Shown here: in pieces, positions 9,700 through 17,712 of the stretch | Numbering within the stretch: position 1 is the first letter of the stretch | Layout of the letters: each line of letters opens with the position of its first letter | Assembly (NCBI GenBank): GCA_041750285.1 | Contig: JBGSZS010000011.1 | Span: 47,202 to 111,201 of the forward strand | Direction of reading: 5' to 3' | Origin: Candidatus Fermentibacteraceae bacterium | Lineage (GTDB): Bacteria; Fermentibacterota; Fermentibacteria; Fermentibacterales; JCC-6 | DNA length: 64,000 nt | Position numbers and translations under genes: made by a program | Notes under the pieces: model-generated | What the model saw: the letters and a program-made list of their open reading frames with translations, nothing else | Told to the model about the DNA's origin: nothing | The model's database searches: none

Positions 9700-9825
9700 T
9701 CAGCAGCAGGGGTGTTCGTCGTTCTTATCACCGTGGCATTCCCTGACCTGGTCATCGGAACATTCAGCGGGTTTGCCCTTCAGCCTGTCCGGGTTCTGGC
9801 AGCAGCACTTGTCCTGATCACACAC
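9700..9825 (-). CDS. 41-aa cysteine-rich small protein (8 Cys, 2 His), not in the ORF track
   Basis: GTG at 9825, 7 nt after AAAGGAG. The translation is MCDQDKCCCQNPDRLKGKPAECSDDQVRECHGDKNDEHPCC. It lies 27 nt upstream of the next gene and has its own promoter-like element. Confidence 0.45.
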   Translation of the reverse strand: MCDQDKCCCQNPDRLKGKPAECSDDQVRECHGDKNDEHPCC

Positions 9826-9867
9826 GAACGGCTCCTTTCGGATAAAAGCTTAAGTAACTACGCATAT

Positions 9868-9896
9868 ACTTTACCAAGGGAAGCCGATCCCGTCAA
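9868..9896 (-). promoter_or_regulatory. sigma70-like promoter for the Cys-rich operon
   Basis: The minus strand reads TTGACG-N17-TAAAGT. The -35 element overlaps the aminotransferase stop codon. Confidence 0.5.
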
Positions 9897-11101
9897 TGCC
9901 CCGCAACAGCGCCCGGGTACTCACGAAGCGCCTGCTTGAGGATTCCAAGCGCCTTGCGCATGTCGTCGTCGTTTATCACGTAGGCGAGCCTGATCTCGTC
10001 CTCTCCCTTGCCGGGCGTCGCGTAGAAGCCCGCTGCGGGGGAAACCATCACCGTTGCGCCGTCTACGCTGAAATCGGAGAGAAGCCACGCCGCGAACCTG
10101 TCCGCGTTGTCCACCGGTACCCTGATCGTGGCGTAGAAGGCTCCTTCCGGTCTGAGGAAGAAAACGCCCGGTACCCCTTCCAGTTCCTGCATGAGCAGGT
10201 CGCGGCGGCGCTGGTAGGTAAGGGCCACGTCATGGTAGTAGGAGGCTCCGAGGTTCTCATAGATCCAGGCGGCTCCGTACTGGGCCATGGTGGGGGGGCA
10301 GAGCCTCGCCTGTCCGAGCTTGAGAATGCCTGCCATGACGTCATCGTTGAGGCAGATGAGGTTGCCGAGCCTTGCTCCGCAGCTGCTGAACCTCTTGCTG
10401 ATGGAATCCATGACCATTACGCGGTCGGCGATTCCGGGGAACTCAAGGACTGAAACGTGGCTGCCGCCGTCGAAAACGAAGTCGCGGTAGACCTCGTCGG
10501 AAAGGAGGAACAGGTCGTGCTTTTCAACGATGTCCGCAAGTACGCCAATCTCCTCCCTGCCGAGTACCGTGCCGGTCGGGTTGTTGGGGCTGCAGATGAG
10601 GATGGCCTGCGTGCGGGGGGTGATGACGGCCTCGATGGCTTCCCTCGGAGGAAGATGAAAACCGTTCTCGACGGAGCTGGTCACCGGCACCAGTGTGATG
10701 CCGGCCATGGATGCGAAGCCGTTGTAGTTCGTATAGAAGGGCTCGAAGCACACTACTTCACCGCCGTGGCTGCACGCCGCCATGAAGGCGAAGTACACGG
10801 CCTCGCTCCCGCCGGTGGTGATCATCACACGGTCGTCGGGAACCCTTATGCCGGCCCTTTCGTAGTAACCGGAAATGGCTTTTCTGAGAACGGCAAGCCC
10901 CTGGCTGGGGCCGTATGCAAGAACCCTGGGCTCGCTTTCCCTGATTGCCTGCCAGTAGTTCTGCGGTGTTGGGATGTCGGGCTGGCCGATATTGAGATGA
11001 TATACCTTCGTTCCCCTTCTCTCCGCCGCATCGGAGAGGGGGGTCAGTTTGCGGATCGGGGATGCCTGCATCGAGGCCACCCTTGCGCTGAGCTGAGCCA
11101 T
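9893..11101 (-). CDS. pyridoxal-phosphate-dependent aminotransferase, class I/II
   Basis: Full-length 402 aa with a SKRFSSCGARLG PLP-lysine region and typical aspartate/aromatic aminotransferase layout. Confidence 0.9.
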   Translation of the reverse strand: MAQLSARVASMQASPIRKLTPLSDAAERRGTKVYHLNIGQPDIPTPQNYWQAIRESEPRVLAYGPSQGLAVLRKAISGYYERAGIRVPDDRVMITTGGSEAVYFAFMAACSHGGEVVCFEPFYTNYNGFASMAGITLVPVTSSVENGFHLPPREAIEAVITPRTQAILICSPNNPTGTVLGREEIGVLADIVEKHDLFLLSDEVYRDFVFDGGSHVSVLEFPGIADRVMVMDSISKRFSSCGARLGNLICLNDDVMAGILKLGQARLCPPTMAQYGAAWIYENLGASYYHDVALTYQRRRDLLMQELEGVPGVFFLRPEGAFYATIRVPVDNADRFAAWLLSDFSVDGATVMVSPAAGFYATPGKGEDEIRLAYVINDDDMRKALGILKQALREYPGAVAGH

Positions 11102-11161
11102 TTGAGCCTCCTGTGGAATAGCCTGTGAGTGTTCGGGGATTATACAACTTATATTCCGGCC

Positions 11162-11974
11162 ATGAGTGCCGGTGGCCGGAAACTGGTTGTAAGGACCTGT
11201 GAACTCCCCATAAGGGGGAGTTGGGATGACTGCATGGAAAGGGCTGTCAAAGCCTGTTCCATTGCACCCCTCCCCGATGTTTCATTGCTTCCCGAGCTGT
11301 TCACAATCGGTTTTGTGATGGACAGGATCGAAGGGGCAGCGCTGGCCCCCTCCGACCTTTCCGGCCTACCCCTCGCACTTGCCGCACGGGAGTGCGGAAC
11401 ATGGGTCCTCGGAGGGTCATTCCCCGTTCGAACCACCAGGGGCATCGTGAACACAATGCCCGTCTTCTCGCCTTCAGGCTCGCTCGTCCATATCGTCGAG
11501 AAGATTCACCTCTTCAGGAACATGCATGAGGATGCAGCGTTCACGGGGGGGCTTCCAACTGGTGTGTTTGATCTCCAAGGCATTGAGGCGGGGGCTGCGG
11601 TATGCTACGATCTCCGCTTTCCCGAGGTTTTTCGTGACCTTGCCCTCGGGGGTGCGCGCATCATCTTCGTGGCAGCCCAGTGGCCCCTCCAGCGCCGCAG
11701 GGTTTTCCGATGCCTGCTTCAGGCAAGGGCCTCCGAAGCACAGGTGTTCACCGTGGGATGCAACCTCGGGGGCGACCATCTGGGTTCGAAGTTCAGGGGC
11801 GGGGGAGGGGTATGCGCACCTTCGGGAGATTTCCTGAAGGGCGGAAGGGTGGCTCCGGGTGTGACCGACTACGAACTGGACATGGGGCTCGTCGAGCTTG
11901 AAAGAAAAAGGATCGACTGTCTTTCCGACAGAAGGCCCGAAGTCTACGGAACGATCACGGAGGCGGTGAAATGA
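11162..11974 (+). CDS. carbon-nitrogen hydrolase family protein (nitrilase superfamily, omega-amidase-like)
   Basis: Glu-Lys-Cys triad context: PELF, VEKIHLF and AAVCYDLRFPE. ATG at 11162 is preferred over the upstream alternative start. Confidence 0.8.
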   Translation: MSAGGRKLVVRTCELPIRGSWDDCMERAVKACSIAPLPDVSLLPELFTIGFVMDRIEGAALAPSDLSGLPLALAARECGTWVLGGSFPVRTTRGIVNTMPVFSPSGSLVHIVEKIHLFRNMHEDAAFTGGLPTGVFDLQGIEAGAAVCYDLRFPEVFRDLALGGARIIFVAAQWPLQRRRVFRCLLQARASEAQVFTVGCNLGGDHLGSKFRGGGGVCAPSGDFLKGGRVAPGVTDYELDMGLVELERKRIDCLSDRRPEVYGTITEAVK

Positions 11975-13164
11975 ACCAGGGGCTCGGAAAGACGATTGCG
12001 GTCTCCCTCTCCATAATGGCCCTTCTGGCTCTGGGAGTCGTTCTCAAGGTAATGGCGGGCGTCTTCACCCAGATCACCATCGCGCTGTTCGCGATGTTCC
12101 TTGTCGAACCGGCCGTGGGCCGGGCGACCTTCGTGATCGACCGTCTCCTTCAGAAGCTTTCCCCGGCACGAAGGAGAAGGAGACCTTCGGACAGGAAGAA
12201 GAGCCATCTCGCAGAGTTCATGGGTTCGCTGATCGTAATCCTCCTGGCCCTTGCACTGGTGGCCTTCGCGATCCTCATACTCTACGCCGCCGGCAACATG
12301 CTGCTTGACCGCAAGGCCGATCTCGTGACCAATGTCGTCGAACCCGTCGTGGCATTCATCAACGGTGTTCAGAACAACTGGCTGCCCGAGATGTACAGGT
12401 CGATGGGCGTGGAGGAGGCCGCTCAGCCCGTTCCTGTCGGCATCCTTCCCGTCAAATCGTCTCCGGCCGACTCACTGGACACTTCACCGATGGCCGTCTT
12501 CGATGATGCGATAGGAAGTTTCTCCATTGCCTCGCTGGTTCCCACCGCGGCGAACCTTCTTGGATCGCTTTCCGCCCTGCTCATGAAGGTGGCCATCGTC
12601 ACCATGCTCACGGTATTCATGCTCAGCGGCAGAAGGCTGTTCTCCGAAAAGCTCACTGAGCTGAACATAGTGGAGCGGGAGAAGATAGAGAAGGTGCTCT
12701 CCAGGGTCGAGGGCGTTCCAAGAAGGTATCTCGTCGCCAAACTCTTCGCGAGCCTTCTCACGGGGATCCTCGTGGGTTCGGTCCTCCTGCTGTGGCTTGA
12801 ACCCGGCGATGCATTCATCTGGGGCTTCATCGCCATGGTCATGGACTTCATTCCCTTCTTCGGCTCCCTGATCTCCGTGACCCTCATCGCGCTCTACACC
12901 CTTTCCGTCGCGGGATTGCGGGGTCTTTGGGCGGCACCCGTCGTGATCGTCGTTAACAACATCGTCTCGAACGTGATAGAACCCAATTATTTCGGCAGGG
13001 TTCTTCCCATAGGCAAACTGACTGTTCTCATGTGCGTGCTTTTCTGGGGGTATCTCTGGGGACTGACCGGTGTCCTGCTGGCGGTTCCCATCACAATCAT
13101 GCTCAAGGAGTTCATTGAGCAGGTCTTCGGACGCAACGCCTTCACCGTTGCGATGGAGGTATGA
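11971..13164 (+). CDS. AI-2E family transporter (PerM/UPF0118)
   Basis: Multi-TM protein of about 400 aa with DFIPFFG and AVPI segments typical of the family. ATGA overlap with the upstream gene. Confidence 0.85.
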   Translation: MNQGLGKTIAVSLSIMALLALGVVLKVMAGVFTQITIALFAMFLVEPAVGRATFVIDRLLQKLSPARRRRRPSDRKKSHLAEFMGSLIVILLALALVAFAILILYAAGNMLLDRKADLVTNVVEPVVAFINGVQNNWLPEMYRSMGVEEAAQPVPVGILPVKSSPADSLDTSPMAVFDDAIGSFSIASLVPTAANLLGSLSALLMKVAIVTMLTVFMLSGRRLFSEKLTELNIVEREKIEKVLSRVEGVPRRYLVAKLFASLLTGILVGSVLLLWLEPGDAFIWGFIAMVMDFIPFFGSLISVTLIALYTLSVAGLRGLWAAPVVIVVNNIVSNVIEPNYFGRVLPIGKLTVLMCVLFWGYLWGLTGVLLAVPITIMLKEFIEQVFGRNAFTVAMEV

Positions 13165-15476
13165 TGCCGGGCTTGTTGCTTAACTCGATCCTCCTCGTTC
13201 TGTCCGCGAACGGGATAACGTTTACGTGGTCAACGCAGTCGCAGCCCATCGTGACCGGCACCGTCATTGGCCAGCGCGTACACCTTCAGGGTGTGCCATC
13301 CGTTGCCAGTCCGGGAGCGCCGCTGCTGCCCCTTGCACCGCTGATGGTGGTACTCCCCGCCGGCGCAACGGCCGACAGCGTAACCTTCAACGTCACAGGA
13401 TCATCCGTGTTTCCATCGAGGGTAAGGCCGTCTCCCGCACAGCGGGGTGTACCCATTTCGAGATACTCCGATTTCGAGTTCACTCCCGAGAACCCCGAGG
13501 CGTATTCCCGAAGCACCGATGTGGTGGCCAGACTGGAAGGTCAGGGTACCCTCATGGGGTATCCGGTTGCGGAAATCGTTGTCAGGCCCGTTTCATGGAA
13601 TCCTGAAACCTCTCTTCTTACGGTGACTTGCGCCATGGATGTAACCGTTCACTACCACTTCGGGGGGCAGATCCAGGGCCCGAGGGCAAGGGGAGCCCTC
13701 GGGTCGCTTGTCGCCGCAGATGTGGTCAGGCGTGCCGTCATCAACCCGCAGGATGTGGTTCCGTATCCCGTCACTGAAGACCTCCCGTGGGGAGAGTATC
13801 TCATCGTAACATCCGGCGCGCTCGAGGCGGCATTTGAACCTCTTGCGGAGTGGAAGACCCTCAAGGGCGTGCCTGCGCGAATAGTGACAATGGACTACAT
13901 TGACGACGCGTATTCGGGGGTCGATGCGGCCCAGCGGCTGAGGTTCTTCCTGTGGGATGTCTTCCAGGGAACACCCCCGACATTCATCCTGCTCGCGGGC
14001 GACACTCCGGGAGTGCCCCACCGGAACTGCTACGCCACTGCCGAGGGCTACGTTGACTACCCTTCGGCCGACATCTACTTCCAGGACATGAACGACACGG
14101 CTCCCGGCGTCGATGCCTGGGACATGAACGGCAACGGTGTCTGGGGCGAGCTGAACGGGGTGGACAACCTCGACTACCACCCTGATTACATCATCGGCAG
14201 GGCATCCGTGGAGAACACATCTGAGGCTGCCCTGTTCATCGGCAAGGTCCTTGCCTACGAGAGCGCGCCCGACACTCCGGCGTGGTACAACTCAATGGGC
14301 TTCACCACTTCCGTTCTCTGGAGCAGTCCATACTGTCCGGGCTGCGCCGGCAAGGAAAAGGTGGACACCCTTTACACTCCCGAGGGATGGTCGATCACCA
14401 AACTCTACGAAGACTGGGGAACGCAGAGTTACGCCGCGACGATGAACATGCTCAACCAGGGCATGCACCTCGTGAACCACGCCGGACACGGCAGCGAAAC
14501 CTACGTGTCCATAGGCTCGGGAGGTCTTTCAAACTCCGACTTCATGGGGCTCGTGAACATCTCCCAGAACGGAAGACCGTCGATCTGGAACACCATTGCC
14601 TGTCTCTCCGGTTCCTTCGACACCGGGACCTGCCTTGCCGAGGCGTGGATCCGCTCACCGGGCGGGGGCGGGTTCTGCATCATGAACACCCGCTACGGCT
14701 GGGGTGAACCCTCCGATCCGGGCAACCAGTGGAGTGAACTGGTCGATCAGGAGTTCTTCGCCAACTTTTTCGTCGAGGACGCCTTCTACCTGGGCGATGC
14801 GGCCATGACCGCAAAGGACGACTTCGTCGCCCTCATCCCATCCGACACGCACTACGACTGGATCGCAAAGAGCAACACCCTTTTCGGCGACCCCGAGCTG
14901 CCCATGTGGCTCCAGGTCCCGCAGACACTGGAGATCGGACCGGTGACACTGAACGAAGGACAGACAGACCTCGAAGTGAGCGTTGAAAGCGGGGGAGCTC
15001 CTCTCGCCGGCGCAAGGGTCTGCCTCATGCAGGGTGAGTGGGATGATCCGGTCACGTACGTCACCGGCACCACCGATGCATCGGGCCAGGCAACGCTTCT
15101 TTTTCCTCTGCTTCCCGCAATACCCGACTCGGCTTCGGTAACTGTCTGGGCCCGGGATCATGTCACCACGTCATTGAGGGTGGCCATCGGCAATCTCGGA
15201 GTGGAGGGACAGGGTTCGTCCGGTGTCCCCTCGCTCCAGATCACATCCCCGGTTCCCGCCATGACGGTAGTGAGCCTCAGGTGGTCATCTCCGACGCCAT
15301 GCGCCATCTCCCTTTACGATCTGGCCGGCAGGATCGTCATGAACCTGGGTTCAGGCCTTCTTGGCGAAGGAGAGGCCTCATTCAGCGCCCGTCACGTTCC
15401 GGCAGGGGTATACTTCATCAGGCTCGATGCCGAAGGCACCGGGACCCTCACGGAGAGACTGGTGGTGATCCGTTGA
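13161..15476 (+). CDS. peptidase C25 (gingipain-like cysteine protease) with a T9SS-type C-terminal sorting domain
   Basis: FILLAGDTPGVP, the NHAGHGS catalytic His region and the IACLSGSFD catalytic Cys region. The C-terminus reads ...SLYDLAGRIV...GVYFIRL...LVVIR. ATGA overlap with the upstream gene. Confidence 0.8.
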   Translation: MMPGLLLNSILLVLSANGITFTWSTQSQPIVTGTVIGQRVHLQGVPSVASPGAPLLPLAPLMVVLPAGATADSVTFNVTGSSVFPSRVRPSPAQRGVPISRYSDFEFTPENPEAYSRSTDVVARLEGQGTLMGYPVAEIVVRPVSWNPETSLLTVTCAMDVTVHYHFGGQIQGPRARGALGSLVAADVVRRAVINPQDVVPYPVTEDLPWGEYLIVTSGALEAAFEPLAEWKTLKGVPARIVTMDYIDDAYSGVDAAQRLRFFLWDVFQGTPPTFILLAGDTPGVPHRNCYATAEGYVDYPSADIYFQDMNDTAPGVDAWDMNGNGVWGELNGVDNLDYHPDYIIGRASVENTSEAALFIGKVLAYESAPDTPAWYNSMGFTTSVLWSSPYCPGCAGKEKVDTLYTPEGWSITKLYEDWGTQSYAATMNMLNQGMHLVNHAGHGSETYVSIGSGGLSNSDFMGLVNISQNGRPSIWNTIACLSGSFDTGTCLAEAWIRSPGGGGFCIMNTRYGWGEPSDPGNQWSELVDQEFFANFFVEDAFYLGDAAMTAKDDFVALIPSDTHYDWIAKSNTLFGDPELPMWLQVPQTLEIGPVTLNEGQTDLEVSVESGGAPLAGARVCLMQGEWDDPVTYVTGTTDASGQATLLFPLLPAIPDSASVTVWARDHVTTSLRVAIGNLGVEGQGSSGVPSLQITSPVPAMTVVSLRWSSPTPCAISLYDLAGRIVMNLGSGLLGEGEASFSARHVPAGVYFIRLDAEGTGTLTERLVVIR

Positions 15477-15790
15477 CCCTGCGTGTCGTGCCGCTTCTTC
15501 CAATGGCGCTTTTCCTGGGATGCATGAACACGCCCGAAGCCGTTCGCAACCAGTGCAGGGCCAACATGAACACCCTTTCGTCCGATATGGCCATGTTCAG
15601 GGTGACCACCGGCTTCTGGACCGACGACATCGTTTCACTTGACAGCTCCGCGGGACGAAGCGTTCCCCTGGTCTGTCCCGAATGCGGCGAACCCTACGGG
15701 ATAACGATTCACGAGCAGGGCTACGTCCTGAGCTGTCCTGGATCCCTCCACGGAAGCATAGACACCGGAACACAGGACTGGAGCCGATAG
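15473..15790 (+). CDS. small lipoprotein, pseudopilin-like globular part
   Basis: TTG start overlapping the C25 stop (TTGA). The lipobox is LFLGC. CRANMNTLSSDMAMF...PLVCPECGEPYG resembles the post-helix part of type IV pilin-like proteins. Confidence 0.5.
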   Translation: MTLRVVPLLPMALFLGCMNTPEAVRNQCRANMNTLSSDMAMFRVTTGFWTDDIVSLDSSAGRSVPLVCPECGEPYGITIHEQGYVLSCPGSLHGSIDTGTQDWSR

Positions 15791-15797
15791 GAGGACC

Positions 15798-16223
15798 ATG
15801 CAGGTACTGAGGAAGGAAAACGGGATAACGCTTCTCAGATTCGACAGGGGCGAGCCCTTTCCACAAACCCTGAAGGAGTACTGCTCGCAGAGCGGTCTCG
15901 AATCGGGTGTGGTGCTCTGCGGCATCGGAATGCTTTCAAACACCACCATCGGCAGGTACGACGGGACCGAGTATTCCACGACGGTTCTCTCTGATTCTCT
16001 GGAAGTCCTCTCCCTTCAGGGGAACATATCCATGAAGGAGGGCGAGCCCTTCGTTCACCTTCATGCATCCCTTGCGGACCATGATTTTACGGCCAGGGGA
16101 GGCCACCTTTTCGATGCCACCGTTTCGATGGTGATCGAACTAGCGATAGCCGAACTTTCTCCGGGACTAGTCAGGCAACCCATGGGCGGAGCCTTCTGGA
16201 GGCTCGAGCCGGCCAAAACTTGA
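15798..16223 (+). CDS. PPC domain (DUF296) protein
   Basis: AGGAGG lies 4 nt upstream of the ATG. EVLSLQGNIS...GEPFVHLHASL...GGHL matches the PPC/DUF296 pattern. Confidence 0.7.
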   Translation: MQVLRKENGITLLRFDRGEPFPQTLKEYCSQSGLESGVVLCGIGMLSNTTIGRYDGTEYSTTVLSDSLEVLSLQGNISMKEGEPFVHLHASLADHDFTARGGHLFDATVSMVIELAIAELSPGLVRQPMGGAFWRLEPAKT

Positions 16224-16247
16224 CATCATGGGTGCAGGGGTTATGTT
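16220..16247 (+). promoter_or_regulatory. sigma70-like promoter upstream of tRNA-Ala
   Basis: TTGACA-N16-TATGTT ends 15 nt before the tRNA 5' end. Confidence 0.45.
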
Positions 16248-16262
16248 TCTGCGGCTTTCTAT

Positions 16263-16339
16263 GGGGCTTTAGCTCAGTTGGCTAGAGCGCTTGACTGGCA
16301 GTCAAGAGGTCAGGGGTTCGACTCCCCTAAGCTCCACCA
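16263..16339 (+). tRNA. tRNA-Ala (anticodon GGC), CCA encoded
   Basis: Manual cloverleaf: acceptor GGGGCTT/AAGCTCC with the G3:U70 alanine identity pair, anticodon loop CTGGCAG, T-loop GGTTCGACTCC. Confidence 0.9.
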
Positions 16340-16377
16340 GTATTTTTGCGGCGGCTTCGGCCGCCGCATCCCCTTAG

Positions 16378-16405
16378 TTGACGGCTGTCAAGGGGTTGCA
16401 TATTG
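16378..16405 (+). promoter_or_regulatory. candidate sigma70-like promoter upstream of the HU gene
   Basis: TTGACG-N16-ATATTG, about 100 nt upstream of the ATG. Confidence 0.35.
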
Positions 16406-16504
16406 TGCGGGCATTGTCTATCTTACCCGCTCTTGAAACTTTGAAAGAAGTTATAGTTCTGGCATACAAGCATATCTCTCACTCTGACCGATGCGGGAGG
16501 AAAA

Positions 16505-16780
16505 ATGACCAAGGCTGACATCGTCGCAAGCATCGCCGACAAGACAGGGCTGACCAAAAAGGAAGTAGCCTTCGTGGTCAACAGGTTCTTCGAGGAAGTC
16601 AAGGACGCAATGTTCTCTAAGGAGCACATTGAGATCCGTGGCTTCGGCACGTTCAAGGTCGTGGAAAGAAACGAACGCAAGGCCCGCAACCCGCACAGCG
16701 GCGAAACCGTTCTCGTTCCCAGGCGCTCAGTTCCCGTGTTCAAGCCGTCCCGCTCGGTAAAGGAAAGGGTGGCAAAGTAA
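16505..16780 (+). CDS. HU/IHF family DNA-binding protein
   Basis: The 91-aa product carries GFGTFKVVERNERKARNPHSGE, the beta-arm signature of HU/IHF. Confidence 0.9.
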   Translation: MTKADIVASIADKTGLTKKEVAFVVNRFFEEVKDAMFSKEHIEIRGFGTFKVVERNERKARNPHSGETVLVPRRSVPVFKPSRSVKERVAK

Positions 16781-16781
16781 A

Positions 16782-16877
16782 GTGCCCAATGGAAGAAAGC
16801 GCAAGCGACAGAAGATCGCAAATCACAAGCGTAAGAAAAGGCGTCGCGCCAACAGGCACAAGAAGAAGATCCGTTAG
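16782..16877 (+). CDS. 31-aa highly basic peptide, bS22/AURKAIP1-like ribosomal protein candidate
   Basis: GTG at 16782, 1 nt after the HU stop. The translation is MPNGRKRKRQKIANHKRKKRRRANRHKKKIR (21 of 31 residues are K/R/H). It is below the ORF-track cutoff. Confidence 0.5.
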   Translation: MPNGRKRKRQKIANHKRKKRRRANRHKKKIR

Positions 16878-16880
16878 AAA

Positions 16881-17366
16881 TTGATTGTAGCGGTTCTTTC
16901 CGATACGCATGTTCCCACACGGGCCGGCAACCTGCCCGGAAGAGTTTACGAGGTCTGCTGCGAGGCAGACCTCGTCCTTCATTGCGGCGATTTCGTCGAA
17001 CCGGAGGTATACCGCGACCTGCAGCGTTTCGCCCCCGTCACGGGTGTGCTGGGCAACATGGACGGTTACGGCCTCCGTGCCATCCTTCCCGAAACCCTCA
17101 CGTTCACGCTCGAAGGCGTCAAGGTATGCATGACACATGGCTCAGGCCCCCGGACCGGTCTTCGGGAAAGGGTGAGGGCCCTGTTTGAACCGGAGGACCC
17201 GGGGATCATCCTTTTCGGCCATTCCCACCGGTTCACCGAGTACAGGGAGAGCGGTCTTCTGATGCTCAACCCCGGTGCGGTCGAGGGAAGCAGGGGTTGC
17301 AGGTCGATGGCGCTCCTCACCATTGGCAATGGCGCCGAACCCTCTGTTGAACAGATACTCTTCTGA
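16881..17366 (+). CDS. YfcE/MJ0936 family metallophosphoesterase
   Basis: Metal-ligand motifs SDTH, HCGD, GNMD, THG and GHSH in the canonical order. Confidence 0.8.
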   Translation: MIVAVLSDTHVPTRAGNLPGRVYEVCCEADLVLHCGDFVEPEVYRDLQRFAPVTGVLGNMDGYGLRAILPETLTFTLEGVKVCMTHGSGPRTGLRERVRALFEPEDPGIILFGHSHRFTEYRESGLLMLNPGAVEGSRGCRSMALLTIGNGAEPSVEQILF

Positions 17367-17367
17367 C

Positions 17368-17396
17368 TTGAAACAGGGGACCCGACAGGTTATCTT
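17368..17396 (+). promoter_or_regulatory. sigma70-like promoter upstream of tRNA-Arg
   Basis: TTGAAA-N17-TATCTT ends 11 nt before the tRNA. Confidence 0.45.
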
Positions 17397-17407
17397 ACAG
17401 GCTCATT

Positions 17408-17483
<76 letters not shown>

Positions 17484-17487
17484 GTCG

Positions 17488-17523
17488 ATGGAGGGGCGCT
17501 GTTCGGCGTCCCTCCATTTCTTT
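17488..17523 (+). terminator. rho-independent terminator after tRNA-Arg
   Basis: ATGGAGGGGCGC / GCGTCCCTCCAT stem followed by TTTCTTT. Confidence 0.7.
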
Positions 17524-17583
17524 GACCTTGTATCAGATGCAGGATGACAGGCCGTTACAGACTCTCCAAACGAAATGCGAAGC

Positions 17584-17613
17584 TTGACAATCGAGAACGC
17601 TGTGGAATAGAGT
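17584..17613 (+). promoter_or_regulatory. sigma70-like promoter for gene 17713
   Basis: TTGACA-N18-TAGAGT leaves a leader of about 100 nt. Confidence 0.4.
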
Positions 17614-17712
17614 TACGATAACAGCCAAACCTGTGTTGCGGCGGCAGCGTCAGGAACATTCCCGGCACGTCGCTCCACAACAGGGTTTCGCATTGAACGG
17701 AGGTAGAAGAGG

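Noticed and set aside
8156-9825. Idea that the radical SAM enzyme matures the 41-aa Cys-rich peptide (a RiPP/SCIFF-like system).
   Set aside because: The enzyme is of the AmmeMemoRadiSam type with no SPASM/twitch extension. The peptide is on the opposite strand with its own promoter. Its Cys pattern does not resemble SCIFF-type precursors.
9697-9939. 80-aa + strand ORF between the Cys-rich gene and the aminotransferase.
   Set aside because: It has no RBS and runs into the aminotransferase 3' end. The opposite strand has a promoter, an RBS and a compact Cys-rich ORF, which explains the region better.
16348-16367. Perfect GCGGCGGC-TTCG-GCCGCCGC hairpin after tRNA-Ala as a terminator.
   Set aside because: The T-run (TTTTT) precedes rather than follows the stem on the + strand, and A residues follow it on the minus strand. 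It may stabilise or process the tRNA transcript, but it is not a canonical intrinsic terminator.
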